A stretch of DNA of 64,000 nucleotides. Origin: an uncultured Pseudomonadales bacterium (lineage in GTDB: Bacteria > Patescibacteriota > Microgenomatia > UBA1400 > UBA12028). How positions within the stretch are numbered: the first letter of the stretch is position 1; each line of letters starts with the position of its first letter. The notes beneath the pieces are model-generated. The model saw only the letters and a program-made list of their open reading frames with translations. It was not told the DNA's origin and made no database searches. The position numbers were made by a program, and so were the translations under genes. Of the stretch, positions 46,214-58,597 are shown in pieces. The DNA is taken from assembly GCA_964635905.1 (NCBI GenBank), contig CAZWPK010000001.1, forward strand, positions 437,096 through 501,095, in the 5' to 3' direction.

Positions 46214-46677
46214 TGGATTGATGCTACTCTATACATGATTTTTCCGGCTGGGGCATCCACTTCAATTTCCTCGCCTTCTTTTTTTCCCAATAGCGCTCTT
46301 CCAAGTGGAGAACTTTCGGAAATCTTCTTTTCGGCTGGATTTGCTTCCCACTCGCCGACAATCTGATACGTGTGTTTGGTTTTACCAATATGTACGGTGA
46401 CCGTAGACCCAACACCGACGGAAGATCGACCCTTTTTGGCTTTGATGACCTTGGCTTTGGAAAGTAATTGTTCAAGTTCGGCAATGCGACCTTCCATGAA
46501 GGCGAGATCTTCTCGAGCAGCATGGTATTCACTATTCTCCGAGAGATCACCGAATGATCGAGCAGTTGCAACACGATCAATAGCTACCTGAAGTTTATTG
46601 TCTTTAAAATCAGTTAACTCTGCAACTATTTCGTCGTATCCTTCTTGTGTGAGTATGACGTCATCCATGGCGTTCAT
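46210..46677 (-). CDS. greA: transcription elongation factor GreA
   Basis: GreA coiled-coil N-domain plus FKBP-like C-domain. AAGGAGG RBS before MNAMDDV; the true start is internal to the listed ORF. Confidence 0.85.
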   Translation of the reverse strand: MNAMDDVILTQEGYDEIVAELTDFKDNKLQVAIDRVATARSFGDLSENSEYHAAREDLAFMEGRIAELEQLLSKAKVIKAKKGRSSVGVGSTVTVHIGKTKHTYQIVGEWEANPAEKKISESSPLGRALLGKKEGEEIEVDAPAGKIMYRVASIQ

Positions 46678-46912
46678 ACGCCTCCTTTGTATAAAAATGA
46701 GGCGCCCTATGTTGTGCGCGCCTTTATCATCACATTTCAAGAAATTGTACAGAATCTACGGGCCTTGTCTAGGACACGAATATTAATATTACAGGTTGTT
46801 AATCCATTTGATCTTCCGTGTACCACTCAACGACATGCTCCATAAATCCTAGAGCGAAGTTCGCTCTATTGGGAGCATTTAGACTCTCCAGTAGCGGCAA
46901 AATGAGATTGAT

Positions 46913-47122
46913 CTACCTCGCATATAACGAATCCCGGTCTGATACAGTTCTATATTTGCCCAGGTTACGTGCGTCGCGCTCAACCAAATCGTATACTGGC
47001 TCCATGAGTTCAAGCGAAAGTAGCCAGGCACCCTGTCGTCCGTTTTCAGCTAAAAATGTCCATACTCGTTCTACATAGGACACTTGTTCTGGTTTAAATT
47101 CCTCTTCTATTGTTTTAGGCAT
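46913..47122 (-). CDS. hypothetical protein (69 aa)
   Basis: ORF only. Confidence 0.25.
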   Translation of the reverse strand: MPKTIEEEFKPEQVSYVERVWTFLAENGRQGAWLLSLELMEPVYDLVERDARNLGKYRTVSDRDSLYAR

Positions 47123-47124
47123 AC

Positions 47125-47541
47125 TTACATCCCTGATCGTCGTTTCCGCACAACTTTAAGCTCTAGAATTGCTTTACGCAGTTCTCCTTCAGCAATCTGC
47201 ATTTCTGTCTTGGATAGCTTCTGGTTTTGCATGGATTCGTTGGCTTTTTTACGAGCTTCTTCAGCACGCGCTTCATTGATATCTTCACTGCGTACTGCAG
47301 AATCTGCTAACACAATCACTTTGTTGCCAGGTTCCACGTTCATAAAGCCCCCGGTAACTGCAAAAATATGTGCAGCACCTTTGATTTTATACGTCAGTTC
47401 TCCATCCGAGAGTTTGGTCATTAACGGAATGTGACTGGGAAGGATTGTGACTTCTCCAGTGGTCGTCATTGCAGTGACGGAATCAACTTCTTGATTAAGG
47501 AGTTCTTTTTCCTGGGTCACGATGGTGAGTTGAAGTGGCAT
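47125..47541 (-). CDS. atpC: F1 ATP synthase epsilon subunit
   Basis: MPLQLTIVTQEKELLNQEVDSVTAMTTTGEVTILPSHIPLMT is canonical epsilon. The start is internal to the listed 181-aa ORF. Confidence 0.8.
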   Translation of the reverse strand: MPLQLTIVTQEKELLNQEVDSVTAMTTTGEVTILPSHIPLMTKLSDGELTYKIKGAAHIFAVTGGFMNVEPGNKVIVLADSAVRSEDINEARAEEARKKANESMQNQKLSKTEMQIAEGELRKAILELKVVRKRRSGM

Positions 47542-47560
47542 ATCTTGTCTGTGATTATGA

Positions 47561-47869
47561 TTATAGCTTTGCGACAGGTTCAGTCGATAAGTTAATGATG
47601 AGTTGTGTGTTGTCGTCCGGGGCGACAATATTTTTAATGACGGTATGACACTCTTCACAGCGATACACAATTTGCTGCTTCCCCGACTTCATCTCCAGTC
47701 CAATCGGTTTCAAGTCCCCCCTACACAAATTGGCTCGATCTCCTGGCTCGTTATCCACGTGCAGGCCGGTCAGGCAGTACGGACAATGATCACGACTACT
47801 ACTTGGATGTGGCGCCACGGTCTTGCCACACTGCACACAGTCAAAACCGTCATTACGTTGTATGAACAC
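47561..47869 (-). CDS. RNHCP-like zinc-ribbon domain protein (102 aa) inserted between atpD and atpC
   Basis: CVQCGK...SRDHCPYC...CEECH Cys/His pattern. Confidence 0.45.
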   Translation of the reverse strand: MFIQRNDGFDCVQCGKTVAPHPSSSRDHCPYCLTGLHVDNEPGDRANLCRGDLKPIGLEMKSGKQQIVYRCEECHTVIKNIVAPDDNTQLIINLSTEPVAKL

Positions 47870-47870
47870 G

Positions 47871-49810
<1,940 letters not shown>

Positions 49811-49817
49811 GTCTGAG

Positions 49818-50693
49818 TTATCCTACGGTTAAACTTGCTGTTGTAATATCCAATAATTCCGCAGTGATTCCTGCTTGTCTACTCTTATTATACTCGAGAC
49901 GTAAACTGGCAACGATATCTTTTGCATTGTCGGAGGCATTCTTCATTGCCACCATTCGTGCTGAATGCTCTGACGCTTTTGCTTCGAGCATAATCTGAAA
50001 GAAACCGTTCTCAATATAGTATGGAAGGAGAATATCCAAGATTTCTTTTGGACTCGGTTCAAAGACATATTCTTTTGCTTCCTCAGGATGTGCCTGGGTA
50101 TTCACCTGATCTTGAACTTCATGAGAGGCAATTGGGAGTAAGTGGTTGATCTCTGGCGACTGCTTGATCGTGGATTCAAACTGCATATGCATGGAACGAA
50201 CGGAAGAAAATTCTCCCTTAATAAAACCTTCCACAAAGATTTCTGCGATTGGCAACACGTCCGAGAGTGAAATCCGATCCGGAAGCCCAGTAAACTCCGC
50301 CACTAGTGGTAATCCAATTTTTAAGGCAAATTCTTTGGCACGTTTCCCTACCGTCACGGTTTTGGGATTCTGCATTGTTTTAATTTCAGCTGCAACAGCA
50401 CGAAATAGGTTAGCATTTAAACTTCCGGCCAGACCCCGATCTGTTGCAACAATGACAATCAGTTCAGCTGCTGCTGGATTTGCTTTGGAGAGTAACGGAT
50501 GAAAGGAAGAATCGGTGTGAGAGCCGATCGTTTTGAGCATTTCTAACAGCTTATGGGTATAGGGTCGTGACGCTAACGCTTGTTCTTGCGAACGGCGCAT
50601 CTTACTGGCTGCCACCATCTCCATCGCCTTGGTAATCTTTGCGATGTTGGTTGCGGACTTGATGCGTGATTTGATGAGTCGTGCTTGAGCCAT
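49818..50693 (-). CDS. atpG: F1 ATP synthase gamma subunit
   Basis: N-terminal MAQARLIKSRIKSATNIAKITKAMEMVAASKMRR and a gamma C-terminal helix. Confidence 0.9.
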   Translation of the reverse strand: MAQARLIKSRIKSATNIAKITKAMEMVAASKMRRSQEQALASRPYTHKLLEMLKTIGSHTDSSFHPLLSKANPAAAELIVIVATDRGLAGSLNANLFRAVAAEIKTMQNPKTVTVGKRAKEFALKIGLPLVAEFTGLPDRISLSDVLPIAEIFVEGFIKGEFSSVRSMHMQFESTIKQSPEINHLLPIASHEVQDQVNTQAHPEEAKEYVFEPSPKEILDILLPYYIENGFFQIMLEAKASEHSARMVAMKNASDNAKDIVASLRLEYNKSRQAGITAELLDITTASLTVG

Positions 50694-50714
50694 GAATGCA
50701 TTCTTTCAGAGCTG

Positions 50715-51044
50715 TTATTCTCTAGGGATGTGTCTTTCAATTAATTCGTTAAGAACCTGTCTGTCCGTTTCCAATACTCTTTGAAGATACAGATAAAAAG
50801 ATTCAGGAACTAATTTGTCTTTGATGGCTTCATCGATGTCCTTCTCTAACGTTTCTGGAAGCTTCTTCTTCTCATAGCCCGGAGGATATTTTTTTCCCCT
50901 TGCATATTGTTCTTCAGCTCTGCTTATTTCCACTATCACAAACTGTAAACTACTTAAAAAAGCATTGCATGCGTTCACTTGATCTTGTGAAAGCACCCCT
51001 TCTGCAATCAATGCATGTGCTCTATCAAAGTCAATCGTTGTCAT
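50715..51044 (-). CDS. hypothetical protein (109 aa) inserted between atpA and atpG
   Basis: ORF only. Confidence 0.35.
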   Translation of the reverse strand: MTTIDFDRAHALIAEGVLSQDQVNACNAFLSSLQFVIVEISRAEEQYARGKKYPPGYEKKKLPETLEKDIDEAIKDKLVPESFYLYLQRVLETDRQVLNELIERHIPRE

Positions 51045-51047
51045 AGA

Positions 51048-52547
51048 TTATTCACTCATCACTAGATCAGAATGAACTGTATTGAACTTCTCAATCAAGC
51101 CCTTTAGATCCTGTTCGAGTGCCTCCGTTAACTTCATTTCTTTATGAACCAATTGATAAAAGGTCTTTCCTTCTACATGCATGTAATCAAGAAAAGCTTG
51201 TTCCCATTTGACCACATCTTCACGCTTGACCATATCTAAGTACCCTCGGGTTCCAGCGTAGATGACAGCAATCTGTTCGGCCACATCTAAGGGGCGATCC
51301 CATCCTTGTTTGAGGAGTTCGGTTAATCGCTGCCCTCGATCAATGGTTGCTTTGGTTTTTGCGTCCAAATCTGAAGAGAATTGCGCAAAGGCTTCTAAAT
51401 CGCGATACTGGGCTAAGTCTAATTTCATGGTTCCAGCGACTTGTTTCATTGCCTTCATCTGTGCACTTCCACCGACACGAGACACAGAGTTTCCAACGTT
51501 AATGGCTGGCTTGACACCGGCATTGAATAATCCTGTTTCCAAAAAGATCTGACCATCGGTAATGGAAATGACGTTGGTTGGAATATAGGCAGAGATATCG
51601 TTGGCTTGGGTTTCAATAATTGGCAGTGCGGTAATTGACCCTCCACCGTTTTCTTCATTTAATCGACAGGATCTTTCGAGTAAACGAGAGTGCAGATAGA
51701 AAACATCTCCGGGGTAAGCTTCACGACCTGAGGGACGACGAAGTAATAAAGAAACTTCACGATAGGCAACTGCTTGCTTGGAAAGGTCATCGTAAACGAT
51801 CAACACGTCTTTTCCTTTATTCATGAAGAATTCTGCAATAGAAGTTCCAGTGTATGGTGCCAAGAATTGGGTGGCTGCCGAATCTGATGCACTGGCAGAG
51901 ACGATAATGGTATAGTCCATCGCTCCCATACTTTCCAAATACGATGTGGTTTGGGCAAGGAAGGCATTCTTTTGGCCGATGGCAACGTAGACACAAATAA
52001 CCCCATTCCCCTTTTGGTTCATGATCGTGGTCAATGCAACCGCCGACTTGCCAGTTCCACGATCTCCGATGATGAGCTCGCGCTGTCCCCGACCGATTGG
52101 AATCATGGCATCAATTGCTTTAATCCCAGTCTGAAGAGGCACTGTCACGGATTTTCGATCAATCACACCTGGAGCAATCTTTTCAAGAGGTTGATAGGAA
52201 TCGATGGCAAAGTCGGGTTTTCCATCAATGGCAAACCCTAATCCATCGACAACACGACCAATGATTTGGTCAGAGACTCCTACGGATAAGATACGCCCAG
52301 TTGTTTTTACATCTTGTCCGGCAGCAAGACCTTCCATGTCGGAGAGAACGATGATCCCAACGGTTTTTTGTCCGAGGTTTAAGGTGAGCCCCTGTTTTCC
52401 ATTTTCAAATTCAACAACTTCTCCCATCATGACATCATCAATCCCAGTCACTTGGACAATTCCATCCCCTAAGGCAGTAATCGTACCGACGCTTTCAGCA
52501 CGAGTAGAAAATGAAATGGTGTGTAGTTTGTCGATGAGTGATGTCAT
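51048..52547 (-). CDS. atpA: F1 ATP synthase alpha subunit
   Basis: Walker [11 protein letters not shown] and alpha signature motifs. 499 aa. Confidence 0.95.
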   Translation of the reverse strand: MTSLIDKLHTISFSTRAESVGTITALGDGIVQVTGIDDVMMGEVVEFENGKQGLTLNLGQKTVGIIVLSDMEGLAAGQDVKTTGRILSVGVSDQIIGRVVDGLGFAIDGKPDFAIDSYQPLEKIAPGVIDRKSVTVPLQTGIKAIDAMIPIGRGQRELIIGDRGTGKSAVALTTIMNQKGNGVICVYVAIGQKNAFLAQTTSYLESMGAMDYTIIVSASASDSAATQFLAPYTGTSIAEFFMNKGKDVLIVYDDLSKQAVAYREVSLLLRRPSGREAYPGDVFYLHSRLLERSCRLNEENGGGSITALPIIETQANDISAYIPTNVISITDGQIFLETGLFNAGVKPAINVGNSVSRVGGSAQMKAMKQVAGTMKLDLAQYRDLEAFAQFSSDLDAKTKATIDRGQRLTELLKQGWDRPLDVAEQIAVIYAGTRGYLDMVKREDVVKWEQAFLDYMHVEGKTFYQLVHKEMKLTEALEQDLKGLIEKFNTVHSDLVMSE

Positions 52548-52870
52548 AGTCTTTTATCATTTTTAGAGAGTATTTCCTTAACTCCTGCGTTAAGCGCCGT
52601 CTTAAATTCCGGTGATTTTGGATCTAGTTTTGCTGATAGCAGCTTCTGAGTGAGTAGCATCACATCGAGTACTTCGTTTTCGTCGAATACTAGTTGCCCC
52701 TCCCCGAGTTGTCTATTAAGTACATCAAGCATCGAGATCGTAAAATTGATAACATTACCTTCGTCTAATACAAAAGTCTGATTAACGTGATCGAATTGCT
52801 GAAGGGCTATTAAACCTTGTGTCAGTTCTGCAATCGTATATGCTTGAGATGCTTCCCTTTTTGAGATCAT
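52544..52870 (-). CDS. hypothetical protein (108 aa) translationally coupled (ATGA) to atpA; possibly the separated N-domain of delta (speculative)
   Basis: Its stop overlaps the atpA ATG. Helical composition. No convincing motif. Confidence 0.35.
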   Translation of the reverse strand: MISKREASQAYTIAELTQGLIALQQFDHVNQTFVLDEGNVINFTISMLDVLNRQLGEGQLVFDENEVLDVMLLTQKLLSAKLDPKSPEFKTALNAGVKEILSKNDKRL

Positions 52871-52880
52871 ACGAAACCAA

Positions 52881-53090
52881 TTAAGCTACGGACTGTTCAA
52901 TTGTCGACAATCGTCCTTTCAGAGAAACATCAATACGCTTACTCCCTAGGTAGACACGAAGTCCGCCTAAGATAAGGGAATCTACCGCATACTCGATGTC
53001 ACCTGCTAGTTTATGTTTGGCAAGGACCGCTTCCACGTCTTTGCGTGTTGCAGCGTCTAATTCGATCGCCGATTCAACTTTGATAGTCAT
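52881..53090 (-). CDS. atpH: ATP synthase delta (OSCP) subunit, C-terminal-domain-only form (69 aa)
   Basis: AIELDAATRKDVEAVLAKHKLAGDIEYAVDSLILGGLRVYLGSKRIDVSLKGRLSTIEQ aligns with the C-terminal ~70 residues of bacterial delta (...VIDGSVRGRLERL). Positioned right after atpF. Confidence 0.5.
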   Translation of the reverse strand: MTIKVESAIELDAATRKDVEAVLAKHKLAGDIEYAVDSLILGGLRVYLGSKRIDVSLKGRLSTIEQSVA

Positions 53091-53095
53091 AGAAT

Positions 53096-53593
53096 TTATA
53101 GTGATCCTAATGCTTTGTCTAATTCCTTGATGGATTGCGCAATGACAGCCTTGTGTGACTTAGTATCCTTAATTTCGTTTCCAATGACTTTAGAGGCCAC
53201 AGCCAAAGAAATCTTGGTTACTCTGTCTTCCATCTTGGTGAGTGAGGATTTCACTTCATTCTCAACTTTTTGAATCTCTTTTGCGCGGTATGCTGCGACT
53301 TCTTCTTTGGCTTCTTTAGTGAGTTTTGTCTTGAGGGATTTTACTTCCTCTCGAGTAGATTCCACAATTTTGGCAGCATCCTTTTCAGCTTGCGTTTTAG
53401 TTTTCTTCTTCATGCCTTCGAGTTCGTCTTTTTCTTTCATGGCATCCGCAGCAAATCGCTCTGCGTCTTCGGTTTTCTTTCGACGCTCATCGATTGCCTT
53501 GAGCATGGGTTTATAGAGTAGGAATGTTAAAGCTCCAAAGACAACACCAAAGTTGATGATCTGTGAAATGATTTGTAGTACGTTTATATCCAT
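53096..53593 (-). CDS. atpF: Fo ATP synthase b subunit
   Basis: N-terminal TM helix plus a long charged coiled coil. 165 aa. Confidence 0.8.
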   Translation of the reverse strand: MDINVLQIISQIINFGVVFGALTFLLYKPMLKAIDERRKKTEDAERFAADAMKEKDELEGMKKKTKTQAEKDAAKIVESTREEVKSLKTKLTKEAKEEVAAYRAKEIQKVENEVKSSLTKMEDRVTKISLAVASKVIGNEIKDTKSHKAVIAQSIKELDKALGSL

Positions 53594-53647
53594 AGTCTCT
53601 ATTCTTTTATTCTCCCTCCGTTCTGGAGTGAGTAAAAAGTCCTCCTC

Positions 53648-53887
53648 TTAAACGAATTTTAAGATTAAGGCGACGACCAAGGCGTAGATAGCAATTGCTT
53701 CCGCGAATGCCATACCCAAGATCATGTTCGTCTGAATTTTACTTGCAGCTTCTGGGTTACGCCCAATCGCGGACAGCCCTGATGAGGCAACCATTCCGAT
53801 AGCGATAGCAGGACCAATAGCACCCACTCCGATGGTGATTGCAATAGCAATTTGCTGTGCAGCTTCTGGACTCATAATTCCTTTCAT
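53648..53887 (-). CDS. atpE: Fo ATP synthase c subunit
   Basis: Two-helix hairpin with conserved MAFAEAIAIYALVVALIL (ion-binding Glu). Confidence 0.9.
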   Translation of the reverse strand: MKGIMSPEAAQQIAIAITIGVGAIGPAIAIGMVASSGLSAIGRNPEAASKIQTNMILGMAFAEAIAIYALVVALILKFV

Positions 53888-53926
53888 GCCCTACTGTTAG
53901 ATGGGCAGATCAACTATAGTACATGT

Positions 53927-54838
53927 CTAATGTTCTTCTTCTCCATGACCAATCGTAGCCAAGTTGAAAAAGACAAGAGAGAGCATCGCGAATACGACAC
54001 CTTGAATCATTCCTACAAACAATTCCAATCCATAAAATGGCATAGGAACGATAATAGGAACAAGGAACATCATCACCGCCAGGAGAACCTCCCCCGCAAA
54101 GATGTTTCCAAACAAACGGAATGAAAAGGACATGATCTTTGCTAGTTCGAGAATGAGTTCCAAAATCCCCACAAATGCTTTGATGGGACTACTAAAGTCG
54201 AAGTATTTTTTCAAGTAGTGTCCTCCCAAGACCTTCAAGCCAAAATATTGCGTGGACGCTACGGAAATGGCCGCCAGAGCAATGGTGGTGTTTAAGTCTG
54301 CGGTTCCCGCGCGAAACACAGGGATGACCTTTGCTGTGGCATGTTCTGACTCACTACCCTCAGAGGACTCTGGATGTTCTTCTGAACTTTCTTGAGCTAT
54401 CTCTTGGGAAGTGACGGCATCGTCCTCATGCGTATCTGAAGTACCTGCAACCGCAACATAGGTGGATGGAGCGATTACAGCTTGCTCTTCAGATTCTTTA
54501 CCTTCTTTAATGCCAATAGGACCTACTCCTGGGAGTAATCCCGCCCAATTGTTGAGTGCAATCCAGAGGAAAAAGGTCAGTACTAAAGGAAGGAACATTG
54601 TTGCTTTTGCTCGACTACCAGTCATCTCTGCCGCAAAGTTGTAGACCCCATCAACAAGCATCTCAAAGAGCGTATATAATCGTGATTTCTTCTTGGAGTT
54701 GGCTGAAGAATGTGCTATCAAGGCAAGAGCAATGATAAACAGCGATACAATCCAACTCGTTAGCATCGAGTTGGAAATGGAAAGTGGACCGACTTGGGCC
54801 AATGTTTCCGCTGAGATCGAGATGTGAAGGTTAGACAT
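53927..54838 (-). CDS. atpB: Fo ATP synthase a subunit, with a ~80-aa acidic insertion
   Basis: C-terminal a-subunit helices (RLFGNIFAGE with the conserved Arg). An acidic Ser/Glu-rich insertion is unusual. Confidence 0.8.
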   Translation of the reverse strand: MSNLHISISAETLAQVGPLSISNSMLTSWIVSLFIIALALIAHSSANSKKKSRLYTLFEMLVDGVYNFAAEMTGSRAKATMFLPLVLTFFLWIALNNWAGLLPGVGPIGIKEGKESEEQAVIAPSTYVAVAGTSDTHEDDAVTSQEIAQESSEEHPESSEGSESEHATAKVIPVFRAGTADLNTTIALAAISVASTQYFGLKVLGGHYLKKYFDFSSPIKAFVGILELILELAKIMSFSFRLFGNIFAGEVLLAVMMFLVPIIVPMPFYGLELFVGMIQGVVFAMLSLVFFNLATIGHGEEEH

Positions 54839-55022
54839 AGTCTAGTAATTCTATTGGCAATTACAAATAGCACGTACGAAACATCACTATTATACCCCAC
54901 CACTCAAGGGGAGCAAGACATTGAAGCAAGCGAATTTCTCATGTTATACTACACAACAACCCTGATCAGGGGTTGTTTTTCTTTTTGGTTATCCGCGTCA
55001 ACTCGACTAAAAGTAAAGATGC

Positions 55023-55094
55023 GGGCCCGTAGCTCAGTGGTAGAGCAGGAGCCTTTTAAGCTCTGTGTCGTGAGTTCGATCCTCACCGGGCTCA
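55023..55094 (+). tRNA. tRNA-Lys (anticodon TTT)
   Basis: GGGCCCGTAGCTCAGTGGTAGAGCAGGAGCCTTTTAAGCTCTGTGTCGTGAGTTCGATCCTCACCGGGCTCA forms a cloverleaf with anticodon loop CTTTTAA. No CCA encoded. Confidence 0.85.
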
Positions 55095-55132
55095 CAGACA
55101 TACTATGTATAGTGTGAGAGAATTTCTAGGTT

Positions 55133-55205
55133 GGCCCCATCGTCTAGAGGCCTAGGACACCTGGTTTTCATCCAGGCAACCCGAGTTCGAATCTCGGTGG
55201 GGTCA
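55133..55205 (+). tRNA. tRNA-Glu (anticodon TTC)
   Basis: GGCCCCATCGTCTAGAGGCCTAGGACACCTGGTTTTCATCCAGGCAACCCGAGTTCGAATCTCGGTGGGGTCA with anticodon loop TTTTCAT. Canonical T-loop TTCGAAT. Confidence 0.85.
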
Positions 55206-55382
55206 CAAATATCGTAAGGTTCAGCGCGACCCGTTCGCCTGCGCAAAAAAGCCCGATAAGGCTTGCTAATTTTTGACCGAATTGTTCGAAATCGAGTTTT
55301 AGATCCTGTAATAGGTGAATTTACCCCAATGGGACACTCCCTTTTAAAACCACGAGAAGAACACCTACCCCTGTAGATGTCG

Positions 55383-56735
55383 CTATTTCTGAATAACTAT
55401 CGTTTTATTTGTCAGAATAAACTTCGTTTTGATGAAAGTGAGTGCTTCTTGTCTCTCTTCGGCCGTACCAATCTGAAGGATGTGAAGTAGATAGTTTTTG
55501 GTCATCTCGTTCTTGTCAGCAGAGGTTTTGGGGATTCTTTCAAATTCACCCAAATGGCCATCAATATATTCCTGATGTAAAACTTGTGACTTTAGTCGGT
55601 GATATCTCTCGATATCTTCTTGGATTTTTCGAGATACTCCGGCGTTGTTAAATTTGATTTTGTCAATGTTGGCGATTAGTTGTTTAACCAGATCTGTTTC
55701 GGTAATGTATGGTTCATCGCATTCATAATTTAATGATCTACCACAGTGATAGTAAGTGTGTTTGGTATATCCACCATGTTTTAGTTTCCTAATTTTTTCT
55801 TCGGCTGTGACACCTCCTCCACACCCACCACAACGGAAGATGCTTTTGAATGGGAATATTTTGTTTTTGTAGCCTTTGGGAACTGTTTGTAAAATTGACT
55901 GGACTTTATCGAAGAGATCCTTGGTAATGAGTGGGGTATGTTTCCCCTGATACCAAGTACCACTTCCGACTGGGAATTCAAACTCTCCAAAGTAGAAGGG
56001 GTTATTGAGCGTGGAATACACCTTACTTAACGGCATTGGTTTGTCGTTTCTAGTTTTGAAGCCGATTCGATCTAGGCAGTGTTTTATGGCTCTACCGCTA
56101 TGACCTTGATTTGCCACTCTTTCAAACATTTGAGTGACAAATGAAGCTCGATCGGGGTCTAGGATGATTAGTTCATCCTTATGACCATCACCCGCTTGAT
56201 TTAAATATCCTACAGGAGCGATGCTTGGCCTCCATCCCATTGAGCATTTCGTCCGTAAACCTCGCTGGACATTAAGTCCTTTGTTATCGTTCTCTAGCTT
56301 TGCCTGCGAGCAAAGAATCATGAGTAGGAACTTCTCGTTTGGGCTATTTGTAAAACTTTGAGAGTAAGTTTGTATCTTTATCAACTTACCTTGATCCATG
56401 AGATCAACTACTGATCCTAAGTCACCGGCATTGCGACTCAAACGATCGGGAGCCCAAGTTAAGATTCCATTAAATTTCTTTTGACGTATTTCTTGAAGAA
56501 GTTGAGTAAATACTGGCCGAGACCCAGACATTTTTGCTGAATGACTTTCCTTTTTAACTTCTTTTATCTTGAGATTGTCACGCTTCGCCAATGTAAGCAT
56601 TTCGTCAATCTGTGAATCAATCGACATTGCTTGCCGTTCATCAGATTCGGATGACTTACGGGCATAGAGACAATATTCTATTTTTGGTGGTTCTATCGGC
56701 TGATTTTGATTGTATGTTCCCATTTCAGGGTACAA
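55383..56735 (-). CDS. large serine recombinase / serine integrase
   Basis: N-terminal resolvase catalytic region LYARKSSESDERQAMSIDSQ. Recombinase domain and zinc ribbon (CGGCGG...YYHCGR). Coiled-coil C-terminus. 450 aa. Confidence 0.85.
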   Translation of the reverse strand: MYPEMGTYNQNQPIEPPKIEYCLYARKSSESDERQAMSIDSQIDEMLTLAKRDNLKIKEVKKESHSAKMSGSRPVFTQLLQEIRQKKFNGILTWAPDRLSRNAGDLGSVVDLMDQGKLIKIQTYSQSFTNSPNEKFLLMILCSQAKLENDNKGLNVQRGLRTKCSMGWRPSIAPVGYLNQAGDGHKDELIILDPDRASFVTQMFERVANQGHSGRAIKHCLDRIGFKTRNDKPMPLSKVYSTLNNPFYFGEFEFPVGSGTWYQGKHTPLITKDLFDKVQSILQTVPKGYKNKIFPFKSIFRCGGCGGGVTAEEKIRKLKHGGYTKHTYYHCGRSLNYECDEPYITETDLVKQLIANIDKIKFNNAGVSRKIQEDIERYHRLKSQVLHQEYIDGHLGEFERIPKTSADKNEMTKNYLLHILQIGTAEERQEALTFIKTKFILTNKTIVIQK

Positions 56736-56824
56736 GGTACCGCTGGGTCTCGAGGAAGTCTAGTCGGAGAATAAATTACTGCTTTTTGTTGTTCTATCCT
56801 AGAATTTCCAATACAATTTAAGCT

Positions 56825-57607
56825 ATGATTATAGTTAAGGTATTAATTGCCTTGCTTTTGTTTATGACCAACTTTAACCAAGTACGTGCATCGGAGAGTT
56901 CAGGAAAAAGAATATTGTTTATACACCACTCTACTGGTGGAAATTTAATTAAAGAAGGCAATTTAAGAGCAGAAATTAAAAAGCTAGATCCAAATATCCA
57001 GTTTTGGGATCACAATTACAATCTTTTTCCAGTTTTTACTTCGTTACTAGCTAAATTTACTCATTTAAAAGGGTTGTCCAACGCCGAAGGTCAAATTACA
57101 GGTAAAGATTACAATATTGTTCTGAGCAACAATAGTCCAAAAGAATATGCCGAGATTTTTTCCAGAGGTCCCAATGATCCAACTCTAAAAGCCATACTGA
57201 GTTATGACGTAATCGCTTTCAAAAATTGCTACCCAACAACACGAATTACCTCAGATCAACAACTCGAAGATGACAAGAAATATTATCTGGTTATTAGGGA
57301 TAATCTTAAAAAATATCCAGAAAAACAATTTATTCTATTAACACCACCTCCAGCTAGAATAGAAACAACGAATATTGACAATGCTGACCGAGCCAAAGAG
57401 TTAGTCAAATGGCTAAATTCGGAGGAGTTTATAAAAGGAACTAAAAATATACATATTTTTGATTTTTACGATCTACTTGCCGATGAGCAGGGAATGTTGA
57501 AGAAAGATTATCAAAGACTTTTACCCTGGGATTCTCATCCCAACTTAAAAGCTAATTTGACCGCTGCCCCTATTTTCGCAGAATATTTAGTGAAGTTATC
57601 AAAATAG
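56825..57607 (+). CDS. secreted protein, possibly an SGNH/GDSL-like hydrolase (very AT-rich gene)
   Basis: Signal peptide MIIVKVLIALLLFMTNFNQVRA. Blocks LFIHHSTGGN and WDSHPN loosely resemble SGNH blocks I and V. Confidence 0.3.
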   Translation: MIIVKVLIALLLFMTNFNQVRASESSGKRILFIHHSTGGNLIKEGNLRAEIKKLDPNIQFWDHNYNLFPVFTSLLAKFTHLKGLSNAEGQITGKDYNIVLSNNSPKEYAEIFSRGPNDPTLKAILSYDVIAFKNCYPTTRITSDQQLEDDKKYYLVIRDNLKKYPEKQFILLTPPPARIETTNIDNADRAKELVKWLNSEEFIKGTKNIHIFDFYDLLADEQGMLKKDYQRLLPWDSHPNLKANLTAAPIFAEYLVKLSK

Positions 57608-57610
57608 TTA

Positions 57611-58597
57611 CTATATCCTGATTTGTTTTTCCAGCCAAGGGATATTTTCGTTTTGTCTTTTCCACCACAAATCTTCCCAGATATAGTGCACAGCAAGTTG
57701 TTTATATTCTCCAAATCTTTCAAAGTGTTTAAGAATTTTGTCTACTGGCACAGGGTTTTCTGGGTCAACATCGAAAAATACTTTGGAGTAGATTTTTTGT
57801 TCCCAAGGGGAAACGTGATTAAAGAAATCCCAATGGTGAAATACATCAAAAAGCAAATACCAGACTGTTGCTGGCCCAACACCATAAAGTTTTAGCAATT
57901 CGTTCATCTGAGTTTCCCTGTCCTTTTTTCTTAGCTCCATTTCATCCATTAAACCTTGAGTAAAATACTCATCGATTTTCTTTATAGATTTGGCTCTATA
58001 CCCAAGTTTTAATGCTCTCAATTCGTCCTCGGTTATATTTTGCAATCTACCAGGCTTGAAGAAACACCAAAGTTTTTTACCATCAAATTCTAGTTCAGTT
58101 CCATAATTTTCAAGGAGAGCCTTGAACATTTGTACACTTCTTCTGACAGTTGCATTTTGTAGGACAATTCCAATGAGTAGATATTCATATAAAGAGCTCG
58201 GGTGACCTGGTTTCATTCCTTGCCACTTTTTTATGATAGGCCCAAGGACTTTGTCATTTCCAAATTCTTTATAAAACGATGCCAAATCTAATTCTAGGTT
58301 GTATCTGTATCTGATTTCATCGATCAAACTATCAACAAATTCTTTATCAAGTTTTTCCTCTGAATAAATACCTATTTCAATACTTGGATTTAGTGTAGAT
58401 CCAGTATTTTTAAATCGAATACCTAAACACTTTTCTTTCCATGTCCAAGTTTGCCAGCGTGTTCCAACTTCCCATAGATTATCGCCAGATGTAAAGTGAT
58501 CTGGTTTATGAAAAGTAGCATCAAAATTAAATGGTGCTAGTGGCGACAATTCTTTGACAACTTTATAGCTTAGTTTCATGACTTTGAGATCTCCCAT
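57611..58597 (-). CDS. HhH-GPD superfamily DNA glycosylase (AlkA-like)
   Basis: Helix-hairpin-helix LLKLYGVGPATVWYLLFDVF followed by a conserved Asp region. 328 aa. Confidence 0.55.
   Translation of the reverse strand: MGDLKVMKLSYKVVKELSPLAPFNFDATFHKPDHFTSGDNLWEVGTRWQTWTWKEKCLGIRFKNTGSTLNPSIEIGIYSEEKLDKEFVDSLIDEIRYRYNLELDLASFYKEFGNDKVLGPIIKKWQGMKPGHPSSLYEYLLIGIVLQNATVRRSVQMFKALLENYGTELEFDGKKLWCFFKPGRLQNITEDELRALKLGYRAKSIKKIDEYFTQGLMDEMELRKKDRETQMNELLKLYGVGPATVWYLLFDVFHHWDFFNHVSPWEQKIYSKVFFDVDPENPVPVDKILKHFERFGEYKQLAVHYIWEDLWWKRQNENIPWLEKQIRI

Noticed and set aside
52544-53090. A simple frameshifted atpH pseudogene, to explain the short delta
   Set aside because: The delta-C-domain ORF comes first and is separated by only 5 nt from atpF. 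The 108-aa ORF that could supply an N-domain comes after it. The order is therefore permuted, not a single frameshift of a normal atpH. Kept as a split-or-minimal-delta hypothesis instead.
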